Shown in pieces: positions 1 to 10,890 of a stretch of DNA of 64,000 bases. A model generated the notes under the pieces. The model did no database searches, had not been told where the DNA came from, and worked only from the letters and a program-made list of their open reading frames with translations. The position numbers and the translations under genes are program-made. Each line of letters starts with the position of its first letter. Positions within the stretch are counted from its first letter, which is position 1. This stretch comes from an uncultured Acidobacteriota bacterium (lineage in GTDB: Bacteria > Acidobacteriota > Thermoanaerobaculia > Multivoradales > SZUA-115), in the NCBI GenBank assembly GCA_963805975.1, contig CAWDVR010000001.1, forward strand, positions 1,455,911-1,519,910, in the 5' to 3' direction.

Positions 1-871
1 GCACTCCCGAGGCCGGGGTGATCGGGTAGGCGCCCAGGAAGAGCGGCAGGCCGCTCCGGCGGCTGGCGGCCACCAGGCCGATCGACAGCGCCGAGTTGCC
101 GTTGATGTTGCGGTAGGTGCCGGGCTCGAGGTCTGCCTTGTCCACCTCGTAGCGGACCTGGAAGGCCTCGGTGATGTTGCAGAAGTTCCAGCCCGCCTTG
201 AGCACCTTGATGTTGGCCTGGGCGAGCTCCGGCTTGGCCTTGAAGCGGCTGCCGATCCAGGCGATCGAGTTGTCGAGCGGGCGCGAGAACAGCCAGTAGG
301 CCATGCCGAGGGCGAACATGTTCTTCGCCCGCTCGACGCTCTTCGAGTCGAGCCCGCTCTCCTCGAGCGTGCGCCGCGTCATGGTAGTGAGCGCCGCCTG
401 GTAGACGCGGTAGCCGGCGAGGCTGCCGTCCTCGAGCGGGTTGGTCGTGAGGCCGGCTTTCTTGAAGTTGCGCTCGTTGAACTCGTCGGTGTTGACGATC
501 ACCACGCCGTTGGGCTTCAGGTCCTGGATCTCTTTGGTGAGCGCCGCCGGGTTCATCGCCACCAGCACGTCCGGGGCGTCGCCGGGCGTGTGGATCTCGT
601 GGTCCGCGATCCGCACCTGGAAGGCGGAGACGCCGGGGAGCGTTCCCGCCGGGGCACGGATCTCGGCCGGAAAGTCCGGCAGGGTCGAGAGGTCGTTGCC
701 GAGGAGCGCCGAGGTGTTGGTGAACTGGCCGCCGGTCAGCTGCATGCCGTCGCCGGAGTCCCCGGCAAAGCGGATGACGACGTCCTCGAGCTTCTCGAGG
801 CGGACCTCGCGGAGCTGGGTGAGCCCGGTCTCGGGCGAGGTTTCTCGAGTGGTGGTGGCGGGGGTGGTCAT
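1..871 (-). CDS. korA: 2-oxoacid:ferredoxin oxidoreductase subunit alpha (5' part; runs off the window)
   Basis: Manual translation from ATG at 871: MTTPAT...VVIRFAGDSGDGMQLTGGQFTNTSALLGNDLSTLPDFPAEIRAPAGT, the conserved OFOR alpha N-terminus. Absent from the ORF track because it is open-ended. Confidence 0.9.
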   Translation of the reverse strand, partial: MTTPATTTRETSPETGLTQLREVRLEKLEDVVIRFAGDSGDGMQLTGGQFTNTSALLGNDLSTLPDFPAEIRAPAGTLPGVSAFQVRIADHEIHTPGDAPDVLVAMNPAALTKEIQDLKPNGVVIVNTDEFNERNFKKAGLTTNPLEDGSLAGYRVYQAALTTMTRRTLEESGLDSKSVERAKNMFALGMAYWLFSRPLDNSIAWIGSRFKAKPELAQANIKVLKAGWNFCNITEAFQVRYEVDKADLEPGTYRNINGNSALSIGLVAASRRSGLPLFLGAYPITPASGV

Positions 872-887
872 GGCCTGGGGTCCCGGC

Positions 888-1535
888 TCACGAGGCCACA
901 CCCGACTGCGGCGCCCGCGCCTCGAGCGCCCCGGCGCGGCGCGCGGCGTCCACCAGGTTGAAGGCGTCACGCCGCATCTTGGCGCGCACGATCTCTTCTT
1001 CCGGGTAGCGTGGCCGGTAGCCCAGGCGGTTCTCGTCGAAGGCGAAGGGCTTCAGCAGGTCCTCCTTGCCGACGATCGACTGCTCGCGGGTGTAGTAGGC
1101 CATGTCGTAGTTGTTGCTCATGATGATGGCCTCTTCCGGGCAGGCGTCCACGCAGTAGCCGCAGAACACGCAGCGCAGCATGTCGATCTCATAGACCACC
1201 GGGTACTTCTCGATGTTGACGTCCGGATGCTCGCCGGCCTCGATGGTGATGCAGTCGGCCGGGCAGTTCTGGGCGCAGAGGAAGCAGGCGACACAGCGCA
1301 CCGAACCGTCGGGCCGGCTGGTCAGGATGTGGTGGCCGCGGAAGCGATGGCTGTACTCGCGCCGCTCCTCGGGGTACTCGATGGTGTACTTCGGACCCCG
1401 GAAGAGGGTGCGAAAGAAGTGCTTCGCGGTCACCATCAGGCCGGAGAGGAGCGGCAGGTAGAGCTTCTCGGCCAGGCCCTGCTTGTACGGCCTGGTCGTG
1501 GTGGGATGAGGGGTGGCGATCACGGGCTGGCTCAT
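888..1535 (-). CDS. nuoI: NADH-quinone oxidoreductase subunit I (2x[4Fe-4S])
   Basis: TIEYPEE, RFRG, CVACFLCAQNCP and CVFCGYCVDACP motifs. ATG at 1535 overlaps the nuoCD stop. Confidence 0.93.
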   Translation of the reverse strand: MSQPVIATPHPTTTRPYKQGLAEKLYLPLLSGLMVTAKHFFRTLFRGPKYTIEYPEERREYSHRFRGHHILTSRPDGSVRCVACFLCAQNCPADCITIEAGEHPDVNIEKYPVVYEIDMLRCVFCGYCVDACPEEAIIMSNNYDMAYYTREQSIVGKEDLLKPFAFDENRLGYRPRYPEEEIVRAKMRRDAFNLVDAARRAGALEARAPQSGVAS

Positions 1536-3232
1536 CGCTCGAGCTCTCCGGCAATGACGTTCAAGCCGCCCAGCGAGATCACGGCGTCCGACAGCGTGCC
1601 GCCCTGGATCAGCTCGGAGAAGGAAGAGAAGATCGGGAAGCACGGCGGCCGCACCTTGAGCCGGTAGGGCTTCGAGGAGCCGTCCGAGATGGCGTAGAAG
1701 CCGAGCTCGCCGTTGGCGCCCTCGACCGCGGAGTACTGCTCGCCGGCCGGCACCTGGATGCCGTCCATGATCAGCTTGAAGTGATAGATCATCGCCTCCA
1801 TCTGGTTGTAGCAGGCCTCTTTCGAGGGCAGGGCGACATGCGGGTCGTCGACGATGAACGGGCCCTCGGGAATGCCGCGGTCGAGGAGCTGGCGGATCAT
1901 CGACAGCGACTGGCGGACCTCGAGCATGCGGATGCGGAAGCGGTCGTGGATGTCGCCGCCGTGGAGCACCGGCACCTCGAAGTCGAGCTCAGAGTAGAGG
2001 TCGTACGGATGCGCCCGGCGCAGGTCCCACTCGACACCCGAGGCGCGCAGGCACGGCCCGGTCCAGCCCCAGTTGACGGCGTCGGCGCCGTTCATCACCG
2101 CCACGCCCACGGCCCGGTCGAGCCAGATGCGGTTCTTGTTGATCAGCTTCTCGACGTCGTCGAGGAACGGCGGGATGATCTCGAGCAGGCGCCGGGAGCG
2201 GGACATGAAGTCCGGCGGCAGATCCTGCGCCAGGCCGCCGATGCGGCCGTAGGAGACCGTGAGCCGCGCGCCGGAGCAGGCCTCCAGGAGTCCGTAGATC
2301 TCCTCGCGCGGCTGGAACATGTACCAGAAGTTGGTGAGCGCCCCGGCGTCGACCAGCGTGGTGCCGTTGCACACGCAGTGGTCCATGACGCGGGAGAACT
2401 CGGAGAGCACGGTGCGCGCCCACACCGCCTTGGGCGGTGCCTCGATGCCGAGCATGGTCTCGACCGTGCGGCAGTAGCCCACGTTGTTGATGAACGAGGA
2501 GCAGTAGTTGAGGCGGTCGGTGTAGGGGATCACCTGCTGCCAGTTGTGGGTCTCCGCCATCTTCTCGAAGCAGCGGTGCAGGTACCCGGTCTCGATCTCC
2601 GAGGCGACGATCACCTCGCCGTCGAGCTCGGCCACCAGCCGGAAGGTGCCGTGCATGGCCGGGTGCGAAGGCCCGATGTTGATCGTCATGCGCTCGAACA
2701 TGTCGTCGGCGCCCTGCGGCACCGAGAGCTGCGGCCGGTACATCTTGTCCTCGGTCAGGATCCAGCGCCGCGCCGCGTCGTAGTCCTTGCGCAGCGGATG
2801 GCCCTGGAACGCCTCGTGGGTGAGCAGGCGCCGGAGGTTGGGATGGCCGGTGAAGCGCAGACCGAACATCTCGTAGGCCTCGCGCTCGAACCAGTCGGCG
2901 GCCTTCCACACCGGGATGAGCGACGGCAGCACCGGGTCGGCGGCAGTGAGCGGTACCTTCAGGCGCAGGCGCCTGGCGCGCGGCAGCGAGTAGAGGTGAT
3001 AGACGGCCTCGAAGCGCTCGGCACGGTCCGGATAGTCGACGCCGCAAAGATCCAGCAGTAGGTCGAAGCGCGTCTCCGGGCTCTCGGCCAAGTCACGCGC
3101 CACCTCGGCCAGCACCTCCCGGCGGACGACCCAGGTCTCCTGGTCCATCCCCTCCTGGACGGCGATCGAGCCGGCCGGGTACTTGTCGAACGCCCTAGGC
3201 AGAGGCGGCTGCGGCAGCGTCTCGACGGCCAC
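1532..3232 (-). CDS. nuoCD: NADH-quinone oxidoreductase fused subunit C/D
   Basis: NuoC motifs (EREAYEMFG, GHPLRKDY) followed by NuoD motifs (NIGPSHPAMHG, GYLHRCFEK, DRLNY, terminal GELER). Confidence 0.93.
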   Translation of the reverse strand: MAVETLPQPPLPRAFDKYPAGSIAVQEGMDQETWVVRREVLAEVARDLAESPETRFDLLLDLCGVDYPDRAERFEAVYHLYSLPRARRLRLKVPLTAADPVLPSLIPVWKAADWFEREAYEMFGLRFTGHPNLRRLLTHEAFQGHPLRKDYDAARRWILTEDKMYRPQLSVPQGADDMFERMTINIGPSHPAMHGTFRLVAELDGEVIVASEIETGYLHRCFEKMAETHNWQQVIPYTDRLNYCSSFINNVGYCRTVETMLGIEAPPKAVWARTVLSEFSRVMDHCVCNGTTLVDAGALTNFWYMFQPREEIYGLLEACSGARLTVSYGRIGGLAQDLPPDFMSRSRRLLEIIPPFLDDVEKLINKNRIWLDRAVGVAVMNGADAVNWGWTGPCLRASGVEWDLRRAHPYDLYSELDFEVPVLHGGDIHDRFRIRMLEVRQSLSMIRQLLDRGIPEGPFIVDDPHVALPSKEACYNQMEAMIYHFKLIMDGIQVPAGEQYSAVEGANGELGFYAISDGSSKPYRLKVRPPCFPIFSSFSELIQGGTLSDAVISLGGLNVIAGELER

Positions 3233-3776
3233 GGGACTCTCTCTCCTTGGCGAGCCGCTCGCGATGCTTCTCGCGGTCGCGGATCACCTTCTCTTTGAGG
3301 GTGAGCACGCCGTAGATCAGCCCCTCGGGGGTCGGCGGGCAGCCGGGAACGTAGACGTCCACGGGGATGATCTCGTCGATGCCCTGCATTACGTGGTAGG
3401 CGCGGTAGAAGCCGCCCGAGCAGGCGCAGGCGCCCATCGAGATCACCCACTTGGGGTCGGCCATCTGGTCGTAGATCTTCTTGAGCACCGGCCCCATCTT
3501 GTCGTTGATGGTGCCGGCGACGATCAGCACGTCGCTCTGGCGGGGCGAGAAGCGCACCACCTCCGAGCCGAAGCGCGACATGTCGTAGTGGGCCGACACC
3601 GTGCTCATGAACTCGATGGCGCAGCAGGCGGTGCCGAACGGGAAGGGCCAGAAGGAGTGTCGTAGAGACCAGTCCTCGAGCTTTTCGAAGCGGGTGGTCA
3701 CCCAGGACTCGCCGGTCAGGCCGCTCTTGGCGGAGCGCCCTTCCCCGGAGTCCAGGACTTTCAACTTGTCACTCAT
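3195..3776 (-). CDS. nuoB: NADH-quinone oxidoreductase subunit B
   Basis: FGTACCAIE, SPRQSD, MGACACSGG, VDVYVPGCPP. Confidence 0.95.
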   Translation of the reverse strand: MSDKLKVLDSGEGRSAKSGLTGESWVTTRFEKLEDWSLRHSFWPFPFGTACCAIEFMSTVSAHYDMSRFGSEVVRFSPRQSDVLIVAGTINDKMGPVLKKIYDQMADPKWVISMGACACSGGFYRAYHVMQGIDEIIPVDVYVPGCPPTPEGLIYGVLTLKEKVIRDREKHRERLAKERESRGRRDAAAAASA

Positions 3777-3888
3777 CGGTGCCCCCTTCGAGGTGCGACT
3801 CTACCACCAGCGGCGTGCCTCATCCAAACGCTTGTGCGCGCCGGCACAAGCCTGGAAAACCTACCGGAAGTGGCACTTAGGGACCTGT

Positions 3889-5436
3889 TCAGACCGGGCC
3901 CGAGTCGCCTCGGAAGGGCTTGTAGGCGAGCAGCCAGAGGCCCGAGTAGTCGCGCATCAGGCGCATCCGCAGGAGCTGCAGCTCACGGGCCTCGGCCACG
4001 TCGCCGTCGGTCGTCGCCTCCTCGATGTAGGGGTCGAAGCGGCGCAGGAAGTGGGCAGCCAGGCGGGTGGTCTCGAACGCGGAGCGGTAGACCGGCGCCT
4101 CGCCGGTGGTGACGGTGTCGTCCAGGATGGCGCGGATCTCCGCCACCTCGTCGTTGAGGCGCACCCGGAGGGCCGCCGACTCGAGCAGGAAGCGCTCGGC
4201 CTCCGGCCGCCCGCCGTCCCCGGTGGTGAGGCGCCGGTAGGCTTCCACCTCGCGCGGCTCGAGGCGCAGGGCGAAGATCTCCGGCCGCAGCACCACCACC
4301 CGCGGATCCTCGCGCGGGTTGGTGCCCTCGAGCGCCGCCACCAGCCGTTCGTAGTGCGCGGCGAGGAGGTCGCCGGCGCCGCCCGTGGCGGGCTTCTCCC
4401 GCGGCTCGGCCGCGAGCGTCGCCGGATGGGCATCGGTCCGCCCGGCGGCGCGGCTCACGCCGGGCCCCAGCCGGGGCATCAGCGAGCGCATGCGGCGTCG
4501 GATCTGCGCCAGGTCGTCGAGCGACAGCTCGTCGCGCTGCCGGCGCTCCTCGAAGCGCTCGATGTCCTGGCGGAACTCGACCAGCTCCTGGTCGAGCTCG
4601 CTGCCCACGCCCACGTCCCGCCCCAGCTCGAAGATCTGCTGGTAGTCCTGGGCGAGCCTCTTCTCCTCGTCCTGGTAGAGGGCCTGGATGCGGTCGCGCA
4701 GCTTGAGGTTGGCGTCGACGATCGCCCGCAGCAGGTCGGGAAAGAGGAAGAGCGAGCCCATCGCGTGCTTGATGCCGCGGTAGCGGGGCACGATCTCCCG
4801 GTGGACCAGCTCGTCCAGGTCCTTCACCTGGGCGACCTCGGTACGGATGCGGGCGATGCGCCGCATCTGCTCCTCGACCACAGGCTCGGGCGGCGTGCTC
4901 TCGCCCAGCACCTGCCACAGCCCCTTGAGCACCTCGCGCCCCGTGTCCTGGTGGCCGGAGACCCGGCCGGCGTCGGCGCCCGGAGCCTCGTCGGAGAGCC
5001 GGGTCAGGAGAAAGTCGAGCTTGTCGATGCGCGCCGCCGGCCAGCCGGAGCCGTCGTGGGTGTAGATGTAGAACTTGATCAACTGGGTCAGGATCTTCTC
5101 GGTGGTGTTGCGCACGCGCAGGAAGAAGTGACGCAGGGAGGCGGGATCGATTCTGCTATCCTCGGCCAGCAACGCCTCCATCAACATGCCGAGCTGCCGG
5201 TCGATCACCCCCAGCTTCTCCTGGACCAGCCCCACCGAGGAGGCGTTCAGGTGATGCGAGACTTCTTTGAGGTCCGAGTAGACCTGCTGGAAATCCACCG
5301 GATAGCGCGGCGGCTCGCCGTCGAGCAGGATCTTGTGCAGGCTCCCCACGAACTGGTGGAAGGCCCAGGCCGCGCGGAAGCGCTCGGAGGAGTCGACGTA
5401 CCGCCGGTGGAGGGAGCCCAGCTCCGCTACCGTCAT
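3889..5436 (-). CDS. hypothetical helical protein (~515 aa)
   Basis: Long ORF with protein-like composition and high GC3. Probable start ATG 5436 (MTVAELG). No family recognised. Confidence 0.75.
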   Translation of the reverse strand: MTVAELGSLHRRYVDSSERFRAAWAFHQFVGSLHKILLDGEPPRYPVDFQQVYSDLKEVSHHLNASSVGLVQEKLGVIDRQLGMLMEALLAEDSRIDPASLRHFFLRVRNTTEKILTQLIKFYIYTHDGSGWPAARIDKLDFLLTRLSDEAPGADAGRVSGHQDTGREVLKGLWQVLGESTPPEPVVEEQMRRIARIRTEVAQVKDLDELVHREIVPRYRGIKHAMGSLFLFPDLLRAIVDANLKLRDRIQALYQDEEKRLAQDYQQIFELGRDVGVGSELDQELVEFRQDIERFEERRQRDELSLDDLAQIRRRMRSLMPRLGPGVSRAAGRTDAHPATLAAEPREKPATGGAGDLLAAHYERLVAALEGTNPREDPRVVVLRPEIFALRLEPREVEAYRRLTTGDGGRPEAERFLLESAALRVRLNDEVAEIRAILDDTVTTGEAPVYRSAFETTRLAAHFLRRFDPYIEEATTDGDVAEARELQLLRMRLMRDYSGLWLLAYKPFRGDSGPV

Positions 5437-5480
5437 TGTCCGTAGACCGTCATAGAGGGTTTGTCCGCGAGGAGGAGCCA

Positions 5481-6059
5481 TTGTACGAGAAGGACCCTGC
5501 GCACGAGAAGACTGAAGGCTCCCCGGGTTCCGAGCTGCGCGAGCTGATCGGCCGCGAGGAGCTCGAGCGCCGCGTCTCGGAGCTGGCGGCCGAGATCAGC
5601 CGCGACTACGCCGGCTCCCGCCGCTTCATCGCCATCGGGGTGCTCAAGGGCTCGGTGTTCTTCATGGTCGACCTGCTCAAGCAGGTCACCGTGCCGGTGG
5701 CGGTGGACTTCTTCCAGACCTCGAGCTACGGCGACGCCACCTCCCCCGGCGAGGTCAAGATCAGGAAGGACGTCGACCTCTCGGTGCGCGGCGCCGACGT
5801 GCTGCTGGTGGAGGACATCGTGGACACCGGCTACACCTTGCGCACCATTCTCGATCTGCTCCGCTTCCGGGGCGCCAAGAGCGTCAAGCTCTGCGCGCTC
5901 CTCGACAAAGTGGAGCGGCGCAAGGTCGAGGTGCCGATCGACTACCGCGGCTTCCGGATCGAGGACCTGTTCGTGGTCGGCTACGGCCTCGACTTCGCGG
6001 AGCGCTACCGCAACCTGCCCTACATCGCCGTGGTCAACGAGGGGGCCGAGGCCGGCTGA
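5481..6059 (+). CDS. hpt: hypoxanthine phosphoribosyltransferase
   Basis: GVLKGS, VLLVEDIVDTGYT PRPP motif, FVVGYGLD..ERYRNLP. TTG start at 5481 follows GGAGGAG. Confidence 0.93.
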   Translation: MYEKDPAHEKTEGSPGSELRELIGREELERRVSELAAEISRDYAGSRRFIAIGVLKGSVFFMVDLLKQVTVPVAVDFFQTSSYGDATSPGEVKIRKDVDLSVRGADVLLVEDIVDTGYTLRTILDLLRFRGAKSVKLCALLDKVERRKVEVPIDYRGFRIEDLFVVGYGLDFAERYRNLPYIAVVNEGAEAG

Positions 6060-6102
6060 GCCGGCCGCCCGCCCGATCCACGCGCAAGGAGCTTCGACCC
6101 CT

Positions 6103-6483
6103 ATGGACTTCCATCACACCGACCAGGCACCGGCCGCCATCGGCCCCTACTCCCAGGCGGTCTCGGCCGACGGCTGGCTCTACACTTCCGGCCAGGTGGG
6201 CCTCGACCCGGCGAGCGGCGAAATGGTCGCCGGCGGCTTCGACGCGCAGGCGCGGCAGGTGCTCGCCAACCTGACCGCCGTGCTGGCGAGCGCCGGCTGC
6301 AGCTTCCAGGACGTGATCAAGACCACCGTCTACCTGGCCGACTTCAAAGACTTCCCGGCCCTCAACGCTCTCTACGCCGAGGCCATGGGCAGCCACCGAC
6401 CGGCCCGCTCCACGGTCCAGGCCGCCGGCCTGCCCAAGGGCGCCCTGGTCGAGATCGACATGGTGGCGCGGAAGCCGCAGTAA
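6103..6483 (+). CDS. ridA: RidA/YjgF family enamine deaminase
   Basis: APAAIGPYSQA, SGQ, PARSTV, LVEID. Confidence 0.92.
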   Translation: MDFHHTDQAPAAIGPYSQAVSADGWLYTSGQVGLDPASGEMVAGGFDAQARQVLANLTAVLASAGCSFQDVIKTTVYLADFKDFPALNALYAEAMGSHRPARSTVQAAGLPKGALVEIDMVARKPQ

Positions 6484-6517
6484 GAAGCCGCAGCCAGCCG
6501 GCGGTCGAGCCCAGGCT

Positions 6518-7296
6518 TCACCCCGCGGTCTTCTCCGCCCAGCCCATGTATTGCACCGAGCAGTCGTGGCTCTCGCCGAGGCCGGCACGGCGCACGGCCT
6601 CGGCATAGCTCAGGCGGCCCTGTTTCCGGGCGCGCAGGATCATGACCAGGCGCAGGGGGTTGGCGCGCGCCTTGAGGCCGGTCCGGCCGCCAGGCGTGAG
6701 ACCGCATTTCCCGAGCTCGGCCTCCAGCTCGTCCGGCTTGATGAACATCGACCAGTCGTGGAGGTTGGGGGGCATGAAGCGGGTCCAGCTCCACTCCTGG
6801 AAGATCTTGATCGCGATCAGCTTGCTCAGAGCAGTGCGGTTGATCGTGTCGTAGAGGTAGATGCCTCCCGGCTTGAGCACCCGCGCGGTCTCGCGGAGGA
6901 CGCGCCCGAGGTCGTCCACGTGCTCGAGCACATCGCAGCAGTAGGCGAGGTCGAAGGTTTCGTCCGCGAACGGCAATGCCTCGCCGCTCGCCTGCCGGTA
7001 GTCGATCGCGAGGCCGGCTTCGCCGCGTGGGCACGGGCCGCGACGAGAGACTCGGCCGAGGGGTCCACGCCCGTCACCTTGCAGCCGAGGGCCGCGAGCT
7101 CCTCCGCCAGGAGCCCTCCGCCACAGCCGATGTCGAGCGTCTCGAGACCGGCCGGGTCGCGGCCCAGCTCTTCCACCAGGACGCGCCGCATATAGCCGAA
7201 GCGCGCGGGGTTCAAGGCTTTGAGCACGTGCAGGAAGCCGTCCTCGTCCCACCAGCTTCCCGCCATGCGGTCGTAGAGCTGGTTGTCAACCGGCAT
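6518..7296 (-). CDS. ubiG: UbiG-like SAM-dependent O-methyltransferase, split by a frameshift near 7022
   Basis: N-terminal half (WWDEDG..LKALNPARFGY, LDIGCGGGLLAE) is in ORF 6826..7296; C-terminal half (CDVLEHV, LKPGG, DTINRT, HDWSMFIKP) is in ORF 6518..7252. One base is missing at CACGCGGCGAAG. Confidence 0.8.
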
Positions 7297-8236
7297 GGTC
7301 GTCCTTCGGAGAAACGTACTCGGCCAGCAGCTCGTCGACCAGCGCCGCCCGGCCGGCCTCTACCCGGTCCTCGATCACGGTGCGGCTCAAGGCCTCGAGC
7401 TCCGGCACCACGGCGAGGTTGCCTTCGCGGGCGAGGGCCGCCACGTCGTAGGCCGCGCCGTCCACCCAGCGGCCGGCACGGGACAGGGCGAGGCCCTGGC
7501 CCACCGGGCGCTCGAGAGCGAGCCAGAGCTCGGCGGCGAGGAGCAGGGCGGCGGCGAGCTCGCGGTTGCCCGCGCCGCCGAGCGGCGGCCTGGGCAAGGG
7601 TCGCGGCAGGAAGACGCCCAGCCCGAAGCCCGCCGCCACGCGAGCGAAGTCTCGGGCGTTGGACGGAGCACGGTGGAAGAGCGCCTTGAACACCTGCTCG
7701 CCCCGCCCCTGGGCGAGCCGCCGGCTGGCGGCAGGCGACAGCTCGAGCGCCAGCGGCTGCACCACCGAGACGCCTGCTCCGGCCAGGACCTCACAACCCC
7801 GGCGCCACTCTCCGGGATCGTCCGTCAGCCCGGCAACGAGTGGCCAGGCGGCGGCGGCACCGGATGGCAGGCGAGCCAAGGCCGCGAGATCGCGATCGAG
7901 GAGCGCCGGCAGCAGGTCGTAGACCGAGGTCAGACCGGCGACCGGCGCCTCTTCGCCCGGCGCGAGCTGCCAGAGCACCGGCGTGCCCTCGGCGAGCCGC
8001 GCCTCGGCCACGGCCTGGCGCGCCTCTGCTGCCGCGGGAGCCACGGGTGGTAGATAGAGAAGATCGTCGAGCGGGCGCTCGATCTCGATCGCCGCCTCGG
8101 GCGCCGGCTCACCGAGATCGGCGGTCGCGAAGCTCGTCCAGAAAGACGCGGGGCCAGGCCAGACAGAGGGCGTGAACCGGACCCAGAGCCGGCCCGGGTC
8201 CGGGAGCAGCGTCCGGAGCCGCGTGGTGTCGGTCAT
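7286..8236 (-). CDS. hypothetical protein; degenerate SplB-like barrel segment plus PolX-N-terminal-like helical/HhH domain
   Basis: Coupled to ribE and ubiG by overlapping stop/start codons. Segments PLVAGLTDD and NRELAAAL...REGNLAVVPEL recognised by eye. Confidence 0.6.
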   Translation of the reverse strand: MTDTTRLRTLLPDPGRLWVRFTPSVWPGPASFWTSFATADLGEPAPEAAIEIERPLDDLLYLPPVAPAAAEARQAVAEARLAEGTPVLWQLAPGEEAPVAGLTSVYDLLPALLDRDLAALARLPSGAAAAWPLVAGLTDDPGEWRRGCEVLAGAGVSVVQPLALELSPAASRRLAQGRGEQVFKALFHRAPSNARDFARVAAGFGLGVFLPRPLPRPPLGGAGNRELAAALLLAAELWLALERPVGQGLALSRAGRWVDGAAYDVAALAREGNLAVVPELEALSRTVIEDRVEAGRAALVDELLAEYVSPKDDHAG

Positions 8237-8856
8237 TCTCGGCCCGGCCCCGCTCCGGCATACATCTCGACGGCACGGAGAACGTACTTGCCGAGCACGT
8301 CGGCCTCGAAGTTCACGCGGTCGCCGGGCGTGAGCTCATCGAGCGTGGTCACGGCCAGGGTGTGGGGGATCAGCGCCACCTCGAAGCGATCGCCGACGAG
8401 CGTTGCGACCGTCAGGCTGACGCCGTCGATCGCCACCGACCCTTTGGGGACCACGTTCCGAGCCAGCGCGGCGGGAAGCTCGAAGGCGAGCACGCGGTGG
8501 CCGGTGAGGTCCTGCCGGTCGAGCACGCGCAGAGTCCCATCGACGTGGCCCTGCACCCAGTGGCCACCCAGCGGATCGCCGAGCACCAGCGGCGGCTCGA
8601 GATTGACGGCCTGGCCCTGGCGCAGGTTGCCGAGCGTCGTCCTGGCGAGGGTCTCCGGCGACAGCTCCACCAGCGAGCGCTCGGCATCGCCCTCGACCAC
8701 CGTCAGGCAGACGCCGGAGACCGCGAGGCTGGCGCCGGGACTGAGCCTCGCTCCCAGCCGGGCCGAGTGGCCGATCGCGAGCCGCAGGCCGCCGAGCCTC
8801 GACGGCGCCGGGTCCTCGATCAGCCGCCCGCGCTCGGCAACAAGTCCCGTAAACAT
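8233..8856 (-). CDS. ribE: riboflavin synthase (alpha chain)
   Basis: Starts MFTGLV at ATG 8856; SGVCLT, GGHWVQGHVD, KGSVAIDGVSLT. Confidence 0.95.
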   Translation of the reverse strand: MFTGLVAERGRLIEDPAPSRLGGLRLAIGHSARLGARLSPGASLAVSGVCLTVVEGDAERSLVELSPETLARTTLGNLRQGQAVNLEPPLVLGDPLGGHWVQGHVDGTLRVLDRQDLTGHRVLAFELPAALARNVVPKGSVAIDGVSLTVATLVGDRFEVALIPHTLAVTTLDELTPGDRVNFEADVLGKYVLRAVEMYAGAGPGRE

Positions 8857-9915
8857 CCGTTGCGGTGTCCTGTCAGCAGGAAGTCTTCGCCCAGCCGGCC
8901 GACGGTGAGATTTTCGAGCGCCGGTGCCTCGGCGAGGGGTCCGAGGCCCGGACCGCCGAGCGGCGTCGGTGCCTCCCGGCCGCCCACGAGCTTCGGCGCC
9001 ACCACGGCGAGGACACGATCGTAGCAGCCGGCGGCCACGAAGGCCGAGGCCACCTCCCCACCCCCTTCGACGAGAACGCTCTGGGTTCCATGGGCGGCCA
9101 GATCGGCGAGCACCGCCGCGGGCCCCACCCGGGCGAGCCGCACCACCTGCGCACCCGCCCGCTCCAGAGCTTCCCAGCCGGCGGAAGGCTCTGCCTCGGT
9201 GTAGACCACCACCGGCCCTTCGTCCGCCAGCAGCTTGGCGTCGGCCGGCAGGCGCAGCCGCCGGTCGAGCACCACGCGCAGATTGGGACGGCCGGCAAAG
9301 CCCAGCCGGCGGTTGCCGCGCGGATCGTCCGCCAGCACGGTGCCGATGCCCACCAGCAGGGCATCGTGCTCCTCGCGCAAGGCGAGCGCCCAGCGGCGGG
9401 CGCGCGGCGAGGAGATCCAGCGGCTCTCGCCGCCGGCGGTGGCGATCTTGCCATCCAGGCTCATCGCCCACTTGAGCGAGACGCCGGGCCTGCCGAGGCG
9501 CTTGGCGATCAAAAAATGCAGATTGAGGAGCGCCGCCTGCTCGGCGAGCAGGCCGACCTCGACCTGGATCCCCGCCGCGCGCAGCCGGGCCAGCCCCGAG
9601 CCGCTCACCCGCGGGTCCGGATCGGCGTGGCAGGCCACCACCCGCGCGATCCCGGCGGCGATCACCGCCTCGGTGCACGGGGGCGTGCGGCCGAAATGGT
9701 TGCAGGGCTCGAGGGTGACGTAGAGCGTGGCGCCCACCGCCCGGCTCCCGGCTTGGCGCAGCGCTTCTACCTCGGCGTGCGGCGCCCCGGCGGCGGCGTG
9801 GAAGCCCTCCCCCACCAGCTCGTCGCCGGCCACCACCACGGCGCCCACCCGCGGATTGGGAGCCGTGCGATAACGCCCGCGGGCCGCGAGAGCCAGGGCT
9901 CGGGAAAGTGCGCGC

Positions 9916-9932
<17 letters not shown>
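8820..9932 (-). CDS. ribD: bifunctional riboflavin deaminase/reductase RibD (start uncertain; CTG at 9932 proposed)
   Basis: PNPRVGAVV, HAE, TLEPCNHFGRTPPC, SLDGKIA, VLVEGGG. The conserved N-terminal helix extends upstream of GTG 9848. Confidence 0.9.

Positions 9933-10886
<954 letters not shown>

Positions 10887-10890
<4 letters not shown>

Noticed and set aside
1532-3232. NuoCD as a NiFe-hydrogenase large subunit
   Set aside because: Lacks the N-terminal RxCxxC and C-terminal DPCxxC nickel-binding motifs.
7010-7035. Frameshift in the ubiG-like gene as programmed frameshifting or true pseudogenisation
   Set aside because: Single missing base with both halves otherwise intact and no slippery sequence. 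Similar lone indels in hrpB and the PIG-L gene suggest consensus errors; reads are needed to decide.
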